From an uncultured Phycisphaeraceae bacterium (GTDB taxonomy: Bacteria; Planctomycetota; Phycisphaerae; UBA1845), in assembly GCA_964574815.1 (NCBI GenBank), contig CAZNPL010000003.1:100861-132860 (forward strand): a DNA stretch of 32,000 bases, written 5' to 3'. Made by a program: the position numbers and the translations under genes. Under the pieces are notes generated by a model. It saw nothing but the letters and a program-made list of their open reading frames with translations. It made no database searches and had not been told where the DNA came from. Shown one piece after another: positions 27,090 to 32,000 of the stretch (its first letter is position 1; each line of letters opens with the position of its first letter).

Positions 27090-28441
27090 GGCGTAGCGCC
27101 TTCCCTCCCCGCCGGTGTGCTTGTACCTGCTTCAGGTTTGCCAGCCGGCTTGCCGGGCCCCGCTACGCGCACTTCGATGCCGTCCTTGAGCTTCTCCTGC
27201 CCGGCGATGACGACCTTCTCTCCTACCTCCAGACCGGTCAGCACTTGCACCCGACCAATCTGTTCGATACCGGTTCGAACCTTTCTCTGGATGGCCTTGC
27301 CGTCAACGACGACAAACACTGCTTGGGCGCCAGTCGGCGTCACGCTGACTGCCTGGAGCGGTACAGTCACGGCACCGTCTACAAACTCCAGCTCCAGCCT
27401 GACGCGCGCGAACATGCCCGGCATCAGCGCCACCGGCTGGTCCAAGACCAGTTCAACGGTCCGCGTCCGCATCCTGCGATCCAGCTCGGGGTAGACGCGC
27501 GTTACCTTTCCCGTGAAGCTCTTGCCCGGCAGCGCATCCAGAACGACGGCGGCCGCGGTCCCCTCCTGCACTGCGGGCACATGCGCCTCCGGCACAGCCA
27601 CGCGGATTACGAGCGATGACAGGTCGGCCATTTCCAGCAACGGCGCTCTCGGCGCGGCCATATCACCGGCCCGTACATGCACGCGCGTGATCGTGCCGGA
27701 GAAGGGAGCCAGGATCACACACTCGCCGAAACGGGCCCGTGCCAGATCCAGCTTGGCATCGGCCTCTTTGACCACCGCCTCTTGCACAGCAATCGCCGTG
27801 CGCGTGTAACCCTCCTCGAGCATTTCCAGGTTACGCCTGGCGGCGGAAAGCTTGGCCTGTTCCGCGACGTACTCCACGCGTGCCTTGTCCAGCGCCTCAC
27901 CGGGTAGCGAGCCGCTTTCCACGAGCTGCGTGATGCGTTCGAGATCGCTCTTGGCGAAGTTGGCGCTCTCTTCGAGCTGGCGGACGGTCTCCGTAGCCTT
28001 CAGGATTTCCTCCGGGCGCGTCCCCGCTTTCAGGTCTTCCAGCTTGGCCGTGGCTACTTCCAATGCGGCCTCGGCCGCCTTGACCTCGGCGCGATAGACC
28101 TCTCGGCTGATCTCGATGAGCTTCGTGGGGCTCTCGGCCGTCGACTCCACGCGGTCGCCTTCGCGCCAGGGACAGTAGCTGATCGGACCCTCGACCGTGG
28201 CGGCAATGACAACTGACTCGACCGCCACCGTTTCGCCGGTCAGGTCAAGCTCACGGGATATCCGTTCGTGTTGTGCTGTTTCAACGGCGACTGTGGGGAT
28301 CTTCTTCTTGCCTCCAACCCCCGTTCCGTCCTGCGTGCCGCCACAGCCACCGAGGTTTGCAGACCACACTACCCCGGCCGCCCAAAGCACCAGAAGAAGA
28401 CCTCCGCGAGCCGTCGTTGCATGCCACCACGCGTTTTTCAT
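27086..28441 (-). CDS. Efflux RND transporter periplasmic adaptor (HlyD-type) subunit
   Basis: LTGETVAVESVVIAATVEGPISYCPWREGDRV, coiled-coil region, ILAPFSGTITRVHVRAGDMAAPRAPLLEMADLSSLVIRVAVPE, VPLQAVSVTPTGAQAVFVV. 4-nt overlap with the RND gene. Confidence 0.93.
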   Translation of the reverse strand: MKNAWWHATTARGGLLLVLWAAGVVWSANLGGCGGTQDGTGVGGKKKIPTVAVETAQHERISRELDLTGETVAVESVVIAATVEGPISYCPWREGDRVESTAESPTKLIEISREVYRAEVKAAEAALEVATAKLEDLKAGTRPEEILKATETVRQLEESANFAKSDLERITQLVESGSLPGEALDKARVEYVAEQAKLSAARRNLEMLEEGYTRTAIAVQEAVVKEADAKLDLARARFGECVILAPFSGTITRVHVRAGDMAAPRAPLLEMADLSSLVIRVAVPEAHVPAVQEGTAAAVVLDALPGKSFTGKVTRVYPELDRRMRTRTVELVLDQPVALMPGMFARVRLELEFVDGAVTVPLQAVSVTPTGAQAVFVVVDGKAIQRKVRTGIEQIGRVQVLTGLEVGEKVVIAGQEKLKDGIEVRVAGPGKPAGKPEAGTSTPAGREGATP

Positions 28442-29907
28442 TGCTCACCCGTCGCCAGCTTCAACTCTTGCAGCGCCACGTCGTGATCAGCCAACGCGTT
28501 GAAATACGTCGTCTGTGCGTTGAGCATCGCCGTCTGCGCATCCAATACGTCCGTGATTGAGCCTTTTGCGAGCGCATATTTCTCACGCTCAATCCGCAGG
28601 CTCTCTTCGCCCTGGGAGATCGCCGCTTGAGTGGCGAGCACGCGCTCCCTTGCCGACTGGATGTTCTGATTTGCTGTCTCGACATCCAGTTCGATCTGAA
28701 GCTCCAGCTCCAACAGGTTACTTCGCGCGGCCGCCAGCAGGGCACGTTGCTCACGAATCTGGGCAGTGATGCGCCCCCCAGTAAATAGCGGAACGTCGAC
28801 CAGCAGTAGCACGCTCGCAACGTCTTCTTCTCGATCCCCGTCGGTCGAAGAGTTTGTGGAATCGGACGCGCCCTGCTCCTGGCTTCCACCGGTGGCCTGG
28901 AAAGTTGGACTGGCCGCCCAGCGGTATCCGTACGCCCCGTGCAGCGTCACGGTCGGCCACCGCGCGCCACGCGCCACGTCCACGCGCTTGGCCTGCGCTT
29001 CCAGCGCGGCGCGGGCAGCCTGGTAGTCCGACCGTTGCTCAAAGGCGCGCGCGAGGGATTCACCCACCTCTGGGGGCTCGGCATCGAGCTGGCGTAGCTC
29101 GCCCGCAGGCGTCACCGGCTGGCTGGAGCCGGCGATCCCGATGAGACTCGTCAGCGTTCGCTCCTGGATCACCAGGAGGCTCCGCTGCTTCGCAAGTTGC
29201 TGCTCGATATCGGCGAGACGCACTTCAATCCGCAGACGGTCAACCGGTGCCGCCTTCTGAACCTCAATGAGCTCGTTCACGCGTCGCAGATGTTCGCGCA
29301 TCGCATTCCGTGAAAACTCGAGCGACGCGATCACGTGTCTTTGAGCCAGGATGCGATAGAACACGCTGCTGACGTTGAACACCAGCTCATTTTCGGTCCG
29401 GGCAAGCCGATGTCGGGCCGCGCCTTCGAGCAACTCGCGGGCTTTGATCTCGCCGATCAGCCGTCCTCCGGCAAACAACGGCATGCTGACAACGAGGTCG
29501 GTCGCGAAGATATCGTCGTCGAACACTCCCGCCTCGCCAGACGCACGCGCTGGAACCAACCTCTGGTCGTCGAGTGAATGTATGTACCCGCCCCGCAGTC
29601 CCAATTCCGGCAGTATGGCCCCAATTGAGTAATCCCGTCGCGCCTCCGCGGCTTCGACCTCCTGGGCCGCACGTGCAAGCCCAGGATTCGATCCGAGCGC
29701 CGTGGCGATCGCCTGCTCCAACGTGATGGGACCGCTCAAGGTTGGCTGCTCCCGGATCGTCGACCGGTCACGGTGACCCTGGTACCGGGAACCCGCGTGC
29801 ATACCCGCATAAGGGTCGGTGGGATTCATAAGTACGCAGCCCTGTAGCAGCAGGACGCCAGCCATACACGCGGTTCGTTGCAATGATCCTCTCATCCGTG
29901 CGGCCAC
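28438..29907 (-). CDS. TolC-family outer membrane efflux protein, probable lipoprotein
   Basis: LLLQGC lipobox-like signal, GPITLEQAIATALGSNPGLARAAQEVEAAEARRDY, duplicated OEP repeats, overlaps the adaptor start. Start may be the internal ATG at 29895. Confidence 0.9.
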   Translation of the reverse strand: MAARMRGSLQRTACMAGVLLLQGCVLMNPTDPYAGMHAGSRYQGHRDRSTIREQPTLSGPITLEQAIATALGSNPGLARAAQEVEAAEARRDYSIGAILPELGLRGGYIHSLDDQRLVPARASGEAGVFDDDIFATDLVVSMPLFAGGRLIGEIKARELLEGAARHRLARTENELVFNVSSVFYRILAQRHVIASLEFSRNAMREHLRRVNELIEVQKAAPVDRLRIEVRLADIEQQLAKQRSLLVIQERTLTSLIGIAGSSQPVTPAGELRQLDAEPPEVGESLARAFEQRSDYQAARAALEAQAKRVDVARGARWPTVTLHGAYGYRWAASPTFQATGGSQEQGASDSTNSSTDGDREEDVASVLLLVDVPLFTGGRITAQIREQRALLAAARSNLLELELQIELDVETANQNIQSARERVLATQAAISQGEESLRIEREKYALAKGSITDVLDAQTAMLNAQTTYFNALADHDVALQELKLATGEQ

Positions 29908-30067
29908 CTCACTTCGCCGATGCCATCCCGGCGCGGGCGCTCTTTATCCTTGTTCATCGCAACGGCCGCAAGCCGGCACCAAGGTTGTAAATCCCAGCAA
30001 ACATCGGCAGGCCTCCTCGATTCGCTCCGCACGCTGGACAACCCGGCAAGTTTTATGGCGACATGTC

Positions 30068-30085
30068 CATTTAGCCATATAAATG
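30068..30085. promoter_or_regulatory. Inverted repeat between arsR3 and the efflux genes
   Basis: CATTTA-gccata-TAAATG (6-bp arms, 6-nt spacer) in an AT-rich patch upstream of the outer membrane protein gene. Confidence 0.35.
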
Positions 30086-30217
30086 ACCAAAAAGAAACGG
30101 TCGTCCCGCGCCCCGCAGGCCCGCAGGCCCGCCTGCCGCGTTTCTCGCTTCCGTGCATGGTTCTCTCACCGCGGCGCCTGCCGCCAACCCCTCATGCTCA
30201 CGGGGCCGTTACTCCGC

Positions 30218-30547
30218 TCATCGCAAGGCCGCCTGCTGGGTCTTCAGGTTCTCCGCCAGCACGCCCTCGATGCAGTCCCAGAATCCCGCCAGGCAGCAAA
30301 CCTTGACGCGGTAGTACACCATGACCCCTTGCTTGCGATCTTCCACCAAGCCGGCCTGCTTGAGCACCGCCAGATGCTTCGAGACCGTCGACTGGTCCGC
30401 CCCGACCAGCTCCGTCAGATCGCAGACGCACCGTTCCTTCTGCTCCAGGGCCTCCAGCACCAGCAGCCGGCTCGGATGCGCCATCGCCTTGGCGATCCTC
30501 GCCCGCGCCACATATCGCTCCCGGCTGTGTTTCTGCCTGTTTTTCAT
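30218..30547 (-). CDS. arsR: ArsR-family transcriptional repressor
   Basis: ARIAKAMAHPSRLLVLEALEQKERCVCDLTELVGADQSTVSKHLAVLKQAGLVEDRKQGVMVYYRVKVCCLAGFWDCIE. Has the CVCDL sensor motif and extra C-terminal CC...C. Confidence 0.9.
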   Translation of the reverse strand: MKNRQKHSRERYVARARIAKAMAHPSRLLVLEALEQKERCVCDLTELVGADQSTVSKHLAVLKQAGLVEDRKQGVMVYYRVKVCCLAGFWDCIEGVLAENLKTQQAALR

Positions 30548-30550
30548 GGC

Positions 30551-30572
30551 TCTATGGCCATTATACCATAGA
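30551..30572. promoter_or_regulatory. Candidate ArsR operator
   Basis: TCTATGG-ccattata-CCATAGA, perfect 7-bp arms, 3 nt upstream of the arsR start (ATG 30547-30545). Confidence 0.55.
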
Positions 30573-30857
30573 ATATGCCGAAGTCAAACGCCGGCTCCTG
30601 TCCGGTGCCACGTGTCCGCCGCGGAACGTGATGGGGCGGACGGGAAAGCGGACCGGACGGGTATCGCGCGCCCATGCCGGCCCATCCTGCGGTTACCTTC
30701 CGGGCTGGGCTCGCAACCCCGACGCTTCAACTCGCCCGGGCGAATCAAACCACATGGGTCAGGTTCTTCAAAGCGAGGCATACGCGAAATTTCTCTCTCT
30801 TCGTCGCGAGACTTATGTTCGAGGACGGTGGTGTTTCCTCTATAAGGGCCTGGAGAT

Positions 30858-30880
30858 AACCTCGACGTAAGTCGAGGTTT
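30858..30880. terminator. Strong short hairpin, possible terminator
   Basis: AACCTCGAC-GTAA-GTCGAGGTT followed by T: 9-bp perfect stem with tetraloop. The flanking T tract is weak (tttctc), so the terminator call is tentative. Confidence 0.4.
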
Positions 30881-32000
30881 CTCATGCGCTTACATCAATT
30901 CCGGCAACACCGACCGTGACGCCCTACCACCGTCCGACCCCGCGCTTGTGACGGGGCGGTCGCATGCTCAAACCCCGTCGACGCTACACTGGCCGCGCCT
31001 CCGGGCTCCAGCCCGCACGTCGTTGGTGGGGCGCTGTCATAGCAACCGAGGATCCAGTGCCGCACTCGTTGGGCGCTACGAAGGGGATTCGAGATACGAT
31101 CTCTGGAAGCCATGCCGATCGGCGCCGCCGCTGAGTTCAACCGTCGGGTCTTCGTGTCGGCCCGCGAGATGCGCAGCATTCTGTCAGACGGCTTTGCACT
31201 CGACCCTCTCGGGCGCGCTCCCGGCATCACAGCCTCTCGCTATAAACTCACTGACGGAGAACACCAAGGGTAGACGGCATCATCTCCCCGGTCTCGGATC
31301 CGTTCTGCGCATCCTGCCGGCGCATCCGACTCACCGCCGATGGACTCCTTTTCCCAAACCTGATGAGCGAAGACGCTGTGCACATGAATGACGCATGGAT
31401 GAACGACGGCTTGGATGCGGAGACCGCCAGCCGATTGCCGCAATATGGGGTGGAGCGGAAGCGCCCTTATGGCGCATCTCAGTTGACGCCGATGAATGAC
31501 CTGGGCGGGTGATTACTCCTCACGGTCCGAGGGCAGGCTCGGACTAAAGTCGCAGATCTGTGCCTCGTCCTGAGCTATCGCATCCCAAAACGTGCGAAGG
31601 TTGGGTCAGCGCGTAGTAGTCAAGGCCGAGCGTCCGCGCGGTTCTGCAAAGCCCGTACGCACCGGCGAGCCTCAGCGCCGACGTTCATAGCCGTTTGGCG
31701 ATACGCGAGTGGCTCTTGCGCGTCCGGCGCCATCGCTCGAAGCGTCGCTGACTCGCCTCAAGGCGGGCAGGAATCACTTGGCTCTTCGTGGATCTCTTCA
31801 GCCGTCCTCCAGACCACCCTCGGTCCGGGGCTGACAATACCGGCCCGCTGAAACCGCTTCATGCACGCTTACCGCAAGGACAAAGGGTCTCGCTGTTTCC
31901 TTCAGCAGGCATCTCCCCACGAATCATCTCTTCGCGTGGCGAAGGGCAAGAAAAGAAGGTGCGGCTCACAAATTCTTTCAGTCGTCTTCAGGGGATATTT

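Noticed and set aside
1-32000. CRISPR arrays, rRNA or tRNA genes, toxin-antitoxin or other classic anti-phage defence genes
   Set aside because: No spaced identical repeats, cloverleaf-like segments or defence-family motifs were recognisable by eye.

Overview
The window has two unrelated parts. (1) About 18-11745, plus strand: the morphogenesis module of a tailed phage, prophage or phage-like element. It has a fused prohead protease/major capsid protein, a DUF2190-like decoration protein, a G8-like beta-helix protein, tail completion and tail tube proteins, an overlapping tail chaperone-like pair, a tape measure protein and several tail-tip or unknown proteins. (2) About 11759-30547, minus strand: a dense arsenic/thiophilic-metalloid region made of three consecutive gene sets, each headed by its own ArsR-type repressor with a palindromic operator candidate next to the start codon. 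Set A is arsR - RND/MFP/OMP efflux - DGC-domain gene fused out of frame to the 3' half of an ArsG-like permease. Set B is arsR - ArsD::CMD(AhpD-like) fusion - tandem-domain ArsA - small CxxC protein - SAM-methyltransferase::ArsD fusion - HATPase/anti-sigma-like protein - ACR3 - tandem USP. Set C is arsR - exported thioredoxin-like protein with a CCGG-type tail - FtsX-like permease with a CC motif - ABC ATPase - small Cys gene interrupted by TAG - arsC. The strongest leads are the methyltransferase::ArsD fusion, the ABC/thioredoxin-like cassette, the two degraded loci (DGC/ArsG junction near 23700 and the amber-interrupted gene at 12249-12500), and the abrupt phage/ars boundary at about 11745. 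No integrase, transposase, tRNA or CRISPR array could be supported. All family calls come from reading the translations, without database searches.
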